44,282 nucleotides of DNA from Candidatus Omnitrophota bacterium (GCA_021735105.1 JAIPHS010000002.1:1-44282), one strand, 5' to 3'. Positions 20,945 through 28,573 are shown, counted from the stretch's first letter. The notes: generated from the sequence alone by a model not told the origin. A program made the numbers and translations.

Positions 20945-22262
20945 TAAAATTTTAAGTATTGTTGGAAATGTAATCACAGTTAAGGCTAAAGGGGCCGCCT
21001 ATGAGGAGTTGGCAGAAGTTAGAAGCCATCGGGGAAAGTCACTAGCTCAAGTTATAAAAATCGACAAAAACTTAGTTTCTTTACAAGTTTTTGCGGGCAG
21101 CCGAGGAGTTTCAACTAACGATCAGGTGGTATTCTTAGGCCATCCGATGAAAGTTTCATTTTCAGAAGATATGCTAGGCAGAGTGTTTGACGGGAGCGGA
21201 AGGCCGCGTGATAAAGGCCCAAGTTTAGCTGAAAATACAATTGAGATTTCCGGGCCTACAGTTAATCCGGTTAAAAGAACTATACCGGAAAGAATGATTA
21301 GAACCAATATACCAATGATTGATCTGTTTAACTCTTTGGTTGTTTCCCAAAAGCTTCCCATATTTTCTACATCAGGAGAGCCTTATAATGAGTTGCTTGC
21401 CCGCATCGCTTTACAGGCTGAAGCAGATATGATTATTTTAGGGGGTATCGGTCTAAAATATGACCAATATTTATTTTTTAAAAAAAGAATAGAAGAGGGC
21501 GGGGCTCTTTCCCGTTCAGTGTTTTTTATCCATACTGCGTCTGATCCGGTAGTGGAAGGGTTAATGGTTCCTGATCTTTGCCTGGCGGTTGCAGAAAAAT
21601 TTGCGCTTCAAAATAAAGATGTTTTAGTCTTACTTTCAGATATGACTAACTTTGCTGATGCTTTAAAAGAGATTGCCATCACTATGGAGCAGGTTCCTTC
21701 CAACAGAGGGTATCCGGGTGATCTTTATAGCCAGCTAGCTAAAAGATATGAAAAAGCAGTTGAATTTGAAGATGCGGGTTCAATCACGGTTTTGTCAGTA
21801 ACTACTATGCCGGGAGATGATGTAACCCATCCTGTTCCTGATAATACAGGTTATATCACAGAGGGCCAGTTTTATTTGCGCGCGGGGTCGATAGCACCCT
21901 TTGGGTCGCTGAGCCGTCTTAAGCAGCAAGTAAATGATAAAACCAGGAAAGACCATCGGGCAATTATGGACGGCATGATTCAGCTTTATGCTCAATATAG
22001 AGATACAGAAGAAAAACGTTCCATGGGTTTTAAGATGAGCTCTTGGGATAGAAAGCTGCTTAAATACGGAAAACTTTTTGAGTCAAAGATGATGGATTTA
22101 ACTGTCAACATTCCTATCGAAAAAGCCTTAGATAATGGTTGGCAGATACTTTCTGAATGCTTTGAACCGGAAGAAACCAGCTTTAGAACTGATTTAATCA
22201 AAGAGTTTTGGCCAGAACCACAGAGCCACAGAAAAAAAAGAAACACCGAAAATAATGAATAA
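20925..22262 (+). CDS. ntpB: V-type ATPase subunit B
   Basis: 445 aa. [46 protein letters not shown]. Confidence 0.96.
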   Translation: MMKKVHSKILSIVGNVITVKAKGAAYEELAEVRSHRGKSLAQVIKIDKNLVSLQVFAGSRGVSTNDQVVFLGHPMKVSFSEDMLGRVFDGSGRPRDKGPSLAENTIEISGPTVNPVKRTIPERMIRTNIPMIDLFNSLVVSQKLPIFSTSGEPYNELLARIALQAEADMIILGGIGLKYDQYLFFKKRIEEGGALSRSVFFIHTASDPVVEGLMVPDLCLAVAEKFALQNKDVLVLLSDMTNFADALKEIAITMEQVPSNRGYPGDLYSQLAKRYEKAVEFEDAGSITVLSVTTMPGDDVTHPVPDNTGYITEGQFYLRAGSIAPFGSLSRLKQQVNDKTRKDHRAIMDGMIQLYAQYRDTEEKRSMGFKMSSWDRKLLKYGKLFESKMMDLTVNIPIEKALDNGWQILSECFEPEETSFRTDLIKEFWPEPQSHRKKRNTENNE

Positions 22263-22311
22263 AATCAATACTTATTTTTGTTAACTGCGGGGGTTAACCA
22301 GTTGAGGAGAA

Positions 22312-22911
22312 ATGAAGGTTAGGATAACTAAGCAGGAATTACGGAAGCAGAAAGATTCTTTAGCCAGATTTAGGCGCTATCTTCCTACCTTGCAGCTTAA
22401 GAAAAAACAGCTTCAAAGGCAGATTTTAAAAGTTCATCAACAAATAGATAAGGTTTCCCATCAAGAAGAAGATTTTAGAAATCAAGTTATTGATTGGGTT
22501 GATTTGTTTGCTCAAGATAATTTTATAGGGAAATTATTAACTATAGAAGCTATAAAAACTAAAGCAAATAATGTTGCCGGGGTTGATTTATCCGAATTTG
22601 ATAAAGTTGAGTTTAAGCAAGATGATTATAGTTTTTTTACAACTCCTCTTTGGATTGATTCCGGTATAGAAGCTGTTAAAGAAATGATTAGCTATAAGGC
22701 GCATTTGATTGTGCTGCATAAACAATTAGATGCCTTAAAAGAAGAGTTAAGGGTTACCAACCAAAGGGTGAATTTGTTTGAGAAGATTAAAATTCCTGAA
22801 GCAGAAGAAAACATTAGAATAATTCAGATTTATTTAGGAGAAAGAAGAACGGCTGCCGTGGTAAGAGGAAAAATCGCTAAAGCAAAAATTGAACAAAAAA
22901 AAGTATTATAA
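22312..22911 (+). CDS. ntpD: V-type ATPase subunit D
   Basis: 199 aa. Coiled-coil protein with the N-terminal TKQEL...LPTLQLKKKQL pattern, positioned after B. Confidence 0.88.
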   Translation: MKVRITKQELRKQKDSLARFRRYLPTLQLKKKQLQRQILKVHQQIDKVSHQEEDFRNQVIDWVDLFAQDNFIGKLLTIEAIKTKANNVAGVDLSEFDKVEFKQDDYSFFTTPLWIDSGIEAVKEMISYKAHLIVLHKQLDALKEELRVTNQRVNLFEKIKIPEAEENIRIIQIYLGERRTAAVVRGKIAKAKIEQKKVL

Positions 22912-23000
22912 ATGTATACGCTTTTTGCCGAAGGCAAAACATCCTCTGGCTATTACTTGAGAGGATATAGCGTATCCATAAATGTATTAGACATACATTT
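22912..23000 (+). other. Y-shaped three-way junction plus 8-bp hairpin in the ntpD-ntpI spacer
   Basis: Outer stem atgtatacgct (22912-22922) / agcgtatccat (22969-22979), one mismatch. Inner hairpins: ttttgcc-gaa-ggcaaaa (22923-22939) and atcctct-12 nt-agaggat (22941-22966). Then aaatgtat-tagac-atacattt (22980-23000). Confidence 0.6.
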
Positions 23001-23063
23001 GTCGATGAATTTTATAATGGCTGTTTTATTTTGTTAAAGTAGATAAATAATCAATTACACAAT

Positions 23064-24833
23064 ATGATTGTAAAGATGCGCAAAGTTACAGTTTTAGCTT
23101 CCAAAACAAGCGTTGATTCAACTCTGCATGATCTGCGTGAATTAGGGCTGGTGCATATCCGGCACCTAAGGAAACCGCATGCTGATTATATTGATACTGT
23201 TAAAAAAAGGGTATCCAGAATAGATAAAATTTTAAATATCATTGAAGATTCAAAAAAACAAAAAGAACTTAGCAAAGAAGAACTGGTAGCTGCTCCTAAA
23301 GAAATTATCAGTTTATTTCGGGAAAAAAATAAATTAAAAGAAAGCATAGAAGAGCTTAAATCTGAAACTGATTGGTTTAAGCAATGGGGAGATATTTCAA
23401 AAAAAGATATTAATAACCTTGCTGATAAAGGAATTTTTATAAATTTATATATTTGCAAAAAAAAAGAGTTTGAAAAAGCTAAAAAAAATCATTTAATTTA
23501 TAAGATAGGCAAGATAGGGCCTAATTGTCAGGTAATAGATATCAGCAGAGGGAAGGATAAAGATTTAGGTTTTGAAAAAATTGAAGCCCCCGAGAAAGAC
23601 CTTTCTTCATTGAGAAAAAAAATTAACAGCCTAGAACAAGAAAAGAAAGAGTTAGAAAACAAGATAAAATTATTTTCGATTTATCGTAATTGTTTTATTA
23701 AATATAGAGATAAGTTACTTAATAAATTTGAGTTTATAAAAGTAAAATTTGGAATGGCAGAGTCAGAAAGCTTAGCTTGGCTTCAAGGTTTTTGTCCCGT
23801 TGATTCGGTGCCAGTTATAGAAAAAACCGCTAAAAATAAGGGTTGGGGGATTGTTGTTGAAAAACCTGACAACTCTGAAAAAGTTCCGACTTTGATCAGA
23901 AATCCAAGGTGGGTTAAGATTATAAAACCTGTTTTTAATTTTATGGGAACTTTGCCCGGGTATCGCGAGTATGATATAAGTTTTTGGTTTTTGCTTTTTT
24001 TTAGTTTATTCTTTGCTATGTTAGTCGGAGATGCAGGGTATGGAGTAATATTTCTTATGGCTGCTTATCTAGCAAGAAGAAAATTTAAAAAAGCTCCAGC
24101 GGAACCATTTTTTTTAATTTATACTTTGAGTTTAGCAACTATTATTTGGGGAGCCTTGTCAGGAAATTGGTTTGGTTCAGAAGCTATTGCACGCCTTCCT
24201 TTTTTTAATTCTTTAGTTATTGACCGGATTAATAGTTTTACAAAAGTTAATCAGGATTTTATGATCTATTTTTGTTTTATCATTGGAGTAGTACATCTTT
24301 CTATAGCTCATCTGATAAAAGCTTTTCGTTATCTTAATTCTTTAAAGGCTTTAGCAGAAATCGGCTGGACTTGTATTTTATGGACAGCTTTTTTTGTGGC
24401 TAGCAAACTGCTTGTGGGCCGGCCAGCTCCAGATTTTATTATCCCTTTAGGTGTTATTGGGATTGCAGCTGTTATTTTATTTTCTAATTTCCAAAAAAAC
24501 ATTTTTAAAGGAGCTTTGTCTACCCTAGGGACTTTGCCCTTAGATGTTATCAGCTCTTTTACTGATATTATTTCTTACCTGCGCCTTTTTGCAGTTGGTT
24601 ATGCAACAATTGCAGTTGCGGCTGCTTTTAATACTATGGCAACAACTACAGGTTTGGGAGGAATTTTAGGGGGAGCGGTAGCCGCAGTAATTCTTTTTCT
24701 CGGCCATAGTTTAAATATTTTATTGTGTCTAATGTCAGTTATAGTGCATGGAATTAGGCTTAATTTACTTGAGTTTTCCGGACAATTAGGGATGGAATGG
24801 TCCGGCCAAGAATATAAGCCGTTCCGGGAGTAA
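23064..24833 (+). CDS. ntpI: V-type ATPase subunit I (a-type stator)
   Basis: 589 aa. Cytoplasmic coiled-coil N-half, multi-pass membrane C-half with the conserved Arg motif SYLRLFAVGYA. Confidence 0.9.
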   Translation: MIVKMRKVTVLASKTSVDSTLHDLRELGLVHIRHLRKPHADYIDTVKKRVSRIDKILNIIEDSKKQKELSKEELVAAPKEIISLFREKNKLKESIEELKSETDWFKQWGDISKKDINNLADKGIFINLYICKKKEFEKAKKNHLIYKIGKIGPNCQVIDISRGKDKDLGFEKIEAPEKDLSSLRKKINSLEQEKKELENKIKLFSIYRNCFIKYRDKLLNKFEFIKVKFGMAESESLAWLQGFCPVDSVPVIEKTAKNKGWGIVVEKPDNSEKVPTLIRNPRWVKIIKPVFNFMGTLPGYREYDISFWFLLFFSLFFAMLVGDAGYGVIFLMAAYLARRKFKKAPAEPFFLIYTLSLATIIWGALSGNWFGSEAIARLPFFNSLVIDRINSFTKVNQDFMIYFCFIIGVVHLSIAHLIKAFRYLNSLKALAEIGWTCILWTAFFVASKLLVGRPAPDFIIPLGVIGIAAVILFSNFQKNIFKGALSTLGTLPLDVISSFTDIISYLRLFAVGYATIAVAAAFNTMATTTGLGGILGGAVAAVILFLGHSLNILLCLMSVIVHGIRLNLLEFSGQLGMEWSGQEYKPFRE

Positions 24834-24840
24834 AAAAAAA

Positions 24841-24979
24841 CGAAAGATACAAAAGACAAGAAACAATAACCAAACAAGATACAATATCCAAATTCAAATA
24901 ACCAAATATCTGGTTTGATTATTGGATATTGGAATTTGGGATTTGTTTGTATCTTGTATCTTGGTTATTGGTTATTTCG
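24841..24979 (+). repeat. 139-nt dyad built from about 20 degenerate heptamers (A/C-rich arm, G/T-rich arm) in the ntpI-ntpK spacer
   Basis: Left arm ends aatatcc aaattca aataacc aaatatc. Right arm is tggtttg attattg gatattg gaatttg ggatttg tttgtat cttgtat cttggtt attggtt atttcga. Ends pair as cgaaa/tttcg. Complementary words: caagatac/gtatcttg, ccaaattc/gaatttgg, aatatcc/ggatatt. Confidence 0.8.
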
Positions 24980-25007
24980 ATTATTAACGTATTATAGGGG
25001 GGTTAAA

Positions 25008-25454
25008 ATGATACAAGGATTTGGTGATATGAGTTTATCTCTGGCATTTGCTGCAGTAGGCTCTGCCTTAGGTACAGGTGTAGCCGGGATGGCTGCAGTA
25101 GGAGCTTGGAAGAAAGCTTTTGCCCAGAATAAAACTGCTCCATTTACTTTACTTGCTTTTGTGGGAGCGCCTTTAACTCAAACTATTTATGCTTGGATAT
25201 TGAGAGACCAAATTATTGGCGCTAATTTACCCGCCACTACTCCTACTTATGTATTTCAAGCTGTATTAGGCCTATCTGCCGGTATTGCTATGGGGGCCTC
25301 GGCTTACATGCAAGGAAAAGCTGCAGCAAGGGCTTGTGATGCTTTGGCAGAAACTGGCAAAGGGTTTGGCCAATACATAACAGTACTTGGAATAATTGAA
25401 ACTGTAGCCTTGTTTGTAATGGTATTTTGTATGATGGCGCTTCCTTTAGCATAG
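25008..25454 (+). CDS. ntpK: V-type ATPase proteolipid subunit K (double-hairpin c subunit)
   Basis: 148 aa counted from the ATG at 25008, which is preceded by an AGGGGGG RBS. The tracked ORF start at 24915 lies inside the repeat. Four hydrophobic helices; PLTQ, MQGK and IETV motifs. Confidence 0.88.
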   Translation: MIQGFGDMSLSLAFAAVGSALGTGVAGMAAVGAWKKAFAQNKTAPFTLLAFVGAPLTQTIYAWILRDQIIGANLPATTPTYVFQAVLGLSAGIAMGASAYMQGKAAARACDALAETGKGFGQYITVLGIIETVALFVMVFCMMALPLA

Positions 25455-25519
25455 AGTTATCCAAGTAGAGGTGTTTAGATATCTTGCTTTTAGCAAAAAT
25501 GGAGTGTCTACTAAAAGGG

Positions 25520-25548
25520 TTGATTTTTTTGTCAATTCTTGTTATTAT
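25520..25548 (+). promoter_or_regulatory. Sigma70-like promoter for tRNA-Val (TTGATT-N17-TATTAT)
   Basis: TTGATT at 25520-25525, 17-nt spacer, TATTAT at 25543-25548. The tRNA starts 9 nt downstream, the same layout as the tRNA-Glu promoter. Confidence 0.45.
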
Positions 25549-25557
25549 TGCGAATAC

Positions 25558-25632
25558 GGGCGGTTAGCTCAGTTGGTTTAGAGCGTCTCGTTTACACCGA
25601 GAGGGTCGTGGGTTCGAATCCTACACCGCCCA
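25558..25632 (+). tRNA. tRNA-Val (anticodon UAC)
   Basis: Acceptor GGGCGGT/ACCGCCC, D-arm GCTC...GAGC, anticodon stem TCTCG/CGAGA with loop TTTACAC, T-arm GTGGG-TTCGAAT-CCTAC. 75 nt. Confidence 0.92.
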
Positions 25633-25732
25633 TGTTTTATTGTTTATTCATAAATGTTATTTGCAAAATTTATTTGAGGGTAGTGAAATAAGTTTTTTCG
25701 GAACAAATAAAACAGTTATAGTAATCAGATAG

Positions 25733-25749
25733 CTTCGGCTGCGCCGAAG
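25733..25749 (+). terminator. Hairpin cttcgg-ctgcg-ccgaag followed by ATTTGTT
   Basis: 6-bp GC-rich stem and 5-nt loop with a weak U-rich tail, about 100 nt after tRNA-Val. Confidence 0.35.
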
Positions 25750-25757
25750 ATTTGTTA

Positions 25758-25777
25758 CGAATCCTACACCGCCCATG
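25758..25777 (+). repeat. Second copy of the tRNA-Val 3' end (cgaatcctacaccgcccatg)
   Basis: Exact 20-nt direct repeat of 25615-25634 (T-loop, acceptor 3' strand and 2 flanking nt), 143 nt downstream. Confidence 0.85.
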
Positions 25778-25796
25778 ACTTCATATAAAGAAGGTA

Positions 25797-25866
25797 CCGA
25801 AGGATGAAAGGACGACGGACGAAAAGACGAAATCGTCTGTCGTCTATCGTCCCTCTTCCCTCGGAA
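25797..25866 (+). repeat. 70-nt dyad of ten heptamers upstream of thrS
   Basis: ccgaagg atgaaag gacgacg gacgaaa agacgaa | atcgtct gtcgtct atcgtcc ctcttcc ctcggaa. Centre is gacga-aa-tcgtc. Purine-rich arm followed by a pyrimidine-rich arm. Confidence 0.8.
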
Positions 25867-25885
25867 CAAGGTTATAATTCAGAAA

Positions 25886-27592
25886 ATGGATTTAGAAAGC
25901 TTAAGACACTCATGTTCACACGTTTTAGCTTCAGCAGTTAAGAAACTCTATCCGGAGGCTAAATTAGGCATAGGCCCTGCTATCGAAGAAGGGTTTTATT
26001 ATGACTTTGATATCCCAGGAGGGTTAAGCGAAGAAGATTTGCCCAAAATTGAAAAGTTGATGGAAGAAGAGATAAAATCCAAGCTACCCTTTGCCCAAAA
26101 AGAGTTGAGCAAAGAGGAGGCTATAGATTTTTTTAGAAAAAAAGGTGAGATTTATAAGATAGAGTTGATCAAAGATTTAGGAAAAGATAAAGTTTCAACT
26201 TTTCAGCATAATGATTTTATAGATTTATGTAAGGGACCGCATCTAAAAGACACTGGAGCCTTAAAAAACTTTAAATTGCTTTCGGTATCAGGAGCTTATT
26301 GGCGGGGCGATCAGAAAAATGCCCAGCTAAGCCGGATATATGGAACAGTTTTTCCTGATAGGAAAAGTTTAAAGAAATATTTAAACCGGTTAGAAGAGGC
26401 AAAAAAAAGAGATCATCGCAAATTAGGCAAAGAACTGGGCCTATTTGATATATATCCAGAACAAGCTGGCGCAGGATTAGTTTTTTATCTTCCTAAGGGT
26501 GCGATTTTGCGTAAAATTATTACAGATTGGGAGATAGATCAGCACCTAAAGAGGGGTTATCAAATGATTAATACCCCTCATATTATGAATAAAAATCTTT
26601 GGGATAAAAGCGGCCATCTTGATTATTATCAAGAATATATGTATCCGATTAAAAAAGAAAACCAGGAATTTATTTTAAAACCTATGAATTGTCCCGGCCA
26701 TATTCTTGTTTATAAATCAAAGCTGCATAGCTTCAGGGATCTTCCTCTTAGGTTGTTTGAATTAGGCACAGTTTATCGGTTTGAAAAAAGCGGGGTGCTG
26801 CATGGATTACTTCGCCTTAGAGGGTTTACCCAAGATGATGCTCATATTTTTTGTAAAAAAGAAGATCTTTATTCGGAAATAGAAGGAGTTATTGAATTTG
26901 TTAAGTCCACCATGGAAAAATTTGGTTTTAGCGGCTATAGCGCTGAATTAAGTACTCGTCCGGATGAGTTTATTGGAAAACAGAAAGATTGGGAAGAAGC
27001 AGAAAATATTTTAGAGGAAGTCCTAAAAAAGGAAAAACTTGATTACAAGTTGAATTCCGGGGACGGAGCTTTTTATGGGCCTAAAATAGACATTATCTTA
27101 AAAGATGCTATCGGGAGAAGCTGGCAGTGTGCTACTGTTCAACTTGATTATAATATTCCGGAAAGGTTTGATTTAACTTATCGTTCAAAGGAAGATAATG
27201 ATCAAAGAGTAGTGATGATTCACCGTGTTATTTTAGGAAGCCTAGAAAGATTTATGGCTACATTGATAGAACATTTTGCCGGTGCTTTACCTTTTTGGCT
27301 TGCACCGGTTCAAATTAGTGTTTTAAATATCAATAAAGATGTAGCTGATTACGCACAAGAGGTAAAAACAAAACTAGAAAAAGAAGGTTTTAGAGTTGAG
27401 AGCGACTTAGATGAGGAAACTCTACAGAAAAAAATTAGGAAAAAGGAACTTTTAAAAATACCTTATATGGTAATAGTAGGAAGGCAGGAAAAGGAAGAAA
27501 AAACAATTTCTTTACGAAAAAGAGGAAAAGAAAATTTAGGTTCAAAAAAACTAGAACAATTAATAACTTTTTTAAAAAAGGAGGCCAAATAG
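25886..27592 (+). CDS. thrS: Threonine--tRNA ligase (no TGS domain)
   Basis: 568 aa. Begins at the editing/second-additional-domain motif RHSCSHVLA. Class II motifs FRDLPLRLFELGTVYRFE and GFTQDDAHIF. C-terminal anticodon-binding domain. Confidence 0.95.
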   Translation: MDLESLRHSCSHVLASAVKKLYPEAKLGIGPAIEEGFYYDFDIPGGLSEEDLPKIEKLMEEEIKSKLPFAQKELSKEEAIDFFRKKGEIYKIELIKDLGKDKVSTFQHNDFIDLCKGPHLKDTGALKNFKLLSVSGAYWRGDQKNAQLSRIYGTVFPDRKSLKKYLNRLEEAKKRDHRKLGKELGLFDIYPEQAGAGLVFYLPKGAILRKIITDWEIDQHLKRGYQMINTPHIMNKNLWDKSGHLDYYQEYMYPIKKENQEFILKPMNCPGHILVYKSKLHSFRDLPLRLFELGTVYRFEKSGVLHGLLRLRGFTQDDAHIFCKKEDLYSEIEGVIEFVKSTMEKFGFSGYSAELSTRPDEFIGKQKDWEEAENILEEVLKKEKLDYKLNSGDGAFYGPKIDIILKDAIGRSWQCATVQLDYNIPERFDLTYRSKEDNDQRVVMIHRVILGSLERFMATLIEHFAGALPFWLAPVQISVLNINKDVADYAQEVKTKLEKEGFRVESDLDEETLQKKIRKKELLKIPYMVIVGRQEKEEKTISLRKRGKENLGSKKLEQLITFLKKEAK

Positions 27593-28099
27593 GTGAAGAA
27601 AAGAGTAAGAGTGAATTTGAGAATTGTTGCAGAAAATTTAAGGTTAATTAGCCCCGAGGGAGAACAGTTAGGAATTGTAACCCGTAAAGAGGCTTTAGAT
27701 AAAGCAAGAGAGCATGGGCTTGATTTAGTTGAGATTGCTCCTTCTGCAAAACCGCCTGTTTGCCGGATAATGGATTTTACAAAATATAAATATGAACAAA
27801 ACAAGAGGGAAAAAGAATTAAAAAAACACCAGAAGCATTCTCAGCTTAAAGAAGTGAGGATTACGCCTCGCACAGAACAACACGATTATCAAGTCAAGCT
27901 AAAAAGAATGAAAAATTTTTTAGAAAAAAGACACAAAGTAAGAATAAGGATGCGTTATAAGGGAAGAGAAATTACTCATAAAGAAATTGGAAGAAAAATC
28001 GTAGATAATATTATAAAAGACACAGAATCTATTGCCCAAATAGATAAAGAGCCTGCAATGAGGGGTAAAACTATGATATTTACTTTAAGCCCGAAATAG
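27593..28099 (+). CDS. infC: Translation initiation factor IF-3
   Basis: 168 aa. ENLRLISPEGEQLGIV...LDLVEIAP...PVCRIMDF. GTG start directly abutting the thrS TAG, with GGAGG 8 nt upstream. Confidence 0.9.
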   Translation: MKKRVRVNLRIVAENLRLISPEGEQLGIVTRKEALDKAREHGLDLVEIAPSAKPPVCRIMDFTKYKYEQNKREKELKKHQKHSQLKEVRITPRTEQHDYQVKLKRMKNFLEKRHKVRIRMRYKGREITHKEIGRKIVDNIIKDTESIAQIDKEPAMRGKTMIFTLSPK

Positions 28100-28110
28100 C
28101 TATAATGAAT

Positions 28111-28166
28111 AGATGGCAGATGGCAGATAAATTATCTGCTTAACTGCAATTTCCAATCTGCAATCC
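28111..28166 (+). repeat. Eight heptamers in the infC-rpmI spacer, containing the hairpin gcagataa-a-ttatctgc
   Basis: agatggc agatggc agataaa ttatctg cttaact gcaattt ccaatct gcaatcc. The palindrome is at 28123-28139. Confidence 0.75.
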
Positions 28167-28206
28167 AAGAGAGAGATTCACTTGAATTATTTTAGAGGAG
28201 GAAGAT

Positions 28207-28407
28207 ATGCCAAAATTAAAAACGAGAAAATCAATTGCAAAAAGAATTAAAATTACAAAAAAGAAGAAGGCATTAAAAGCAAAAGCCGGAAGAAGGCATT
28301 TGCTGAGCGGAAAAGGCCGCAGTAGAAAAAGGAATTTACGCAAAAAAGATCTGGTACCAAAAGAATTTCAAAAAGTGGTAAAAAGAGCTTTACCTTATTC
28401 TGCTTAA
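28207..28407 (+). CDS. rpmI: 50S ribosomal protein L35
   Basis: 66 aa. MPKLKTRKSIAKR... Highly basic. GAGGAGG RBS. Confidence 0.9.
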   Translation: MPKLKTRKSIAKRIKITKKKKALKAKAGRRHLLSGKGRSRKRNLRKKDLVPKEFQKVVKRALPYSA

Positions 28408-28410
28408 ACT

Positions 28411-28573
28411 GGTTAATTAGTTGTCATCAGCGAATGCAACTAATCATCGAATTTACTAATCTGTACGAATATACGAATGGGATTATGAATATTCGTACAT
28501 TCGTAATTGATTCGTATATTCGTTGATGATTATCTTTGTAAATTCGTTGATTGTTTTTATTCATCAATTAACC
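28411..28573 (+). repeat. About 163-nt imperfect palindrome built from tacgaat/attcgta words (period about 8) between rpmI and rplT
   Basis: Nested complementary pairs share a centre near 28494. cgaatatacgaat (28466-28478) / attcgtatattcg (28510-28522), 13/13. atcatcgaattta (28443-28455) / taaattcgttgat (28539-28551), 12/13. ggttaatt (28411-28418) / aattaacc (28566-28573). Confidence 0.75.

Noticed and set aside
24841-24979. CRISPR array as an explanation for the short repeats (also at 2480-2528 and 25797-25866)
   Set aside because: The repeat period is only 7-8 nt with no unique spacers, the units are degenerate, and no cas genes are present. The architecture is incompatible with CRISPR.
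24915-25007. N-terminal extension of ntpK (tracked start 24915), and the analogous extension of rplT (28523-28600)
   Set aside because: Both extensions are in-frame read-through of repeat elements. Strong SDs precede the internal ATGs (25008 and 28601), and the proteins then begin with canonical family N-termini.
25657-25869. 70-aa minus-strand ORF in the tRNA-Val / thrS spacer
   Set aside because: It is produced by reading through the heptamer dyad and the duplicated tRNA tail (RRQTISSFRPSSFHPSVPS...). It has no RBS, and its low-complexity translation is a repeat artefact.
25633-25885. Integrated prophage or genomic island at tRNA-Val
   Set aside because: The duplicated tRNA 3' ends enclose only about 123 nt with no integrase or cargo. 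At most this is a scar or miniature element, and it is reported as a finding rather than as a mobile-element feature.
28105-28143. 12-codon leader peptide (MNRWQMADKLSA) upstream of rpmI
   Set aside because: It is generated by the agatggc repeat. It has no SD and no regulatory amino-acid run, so there is not enough evidence to call it a leader ORF.
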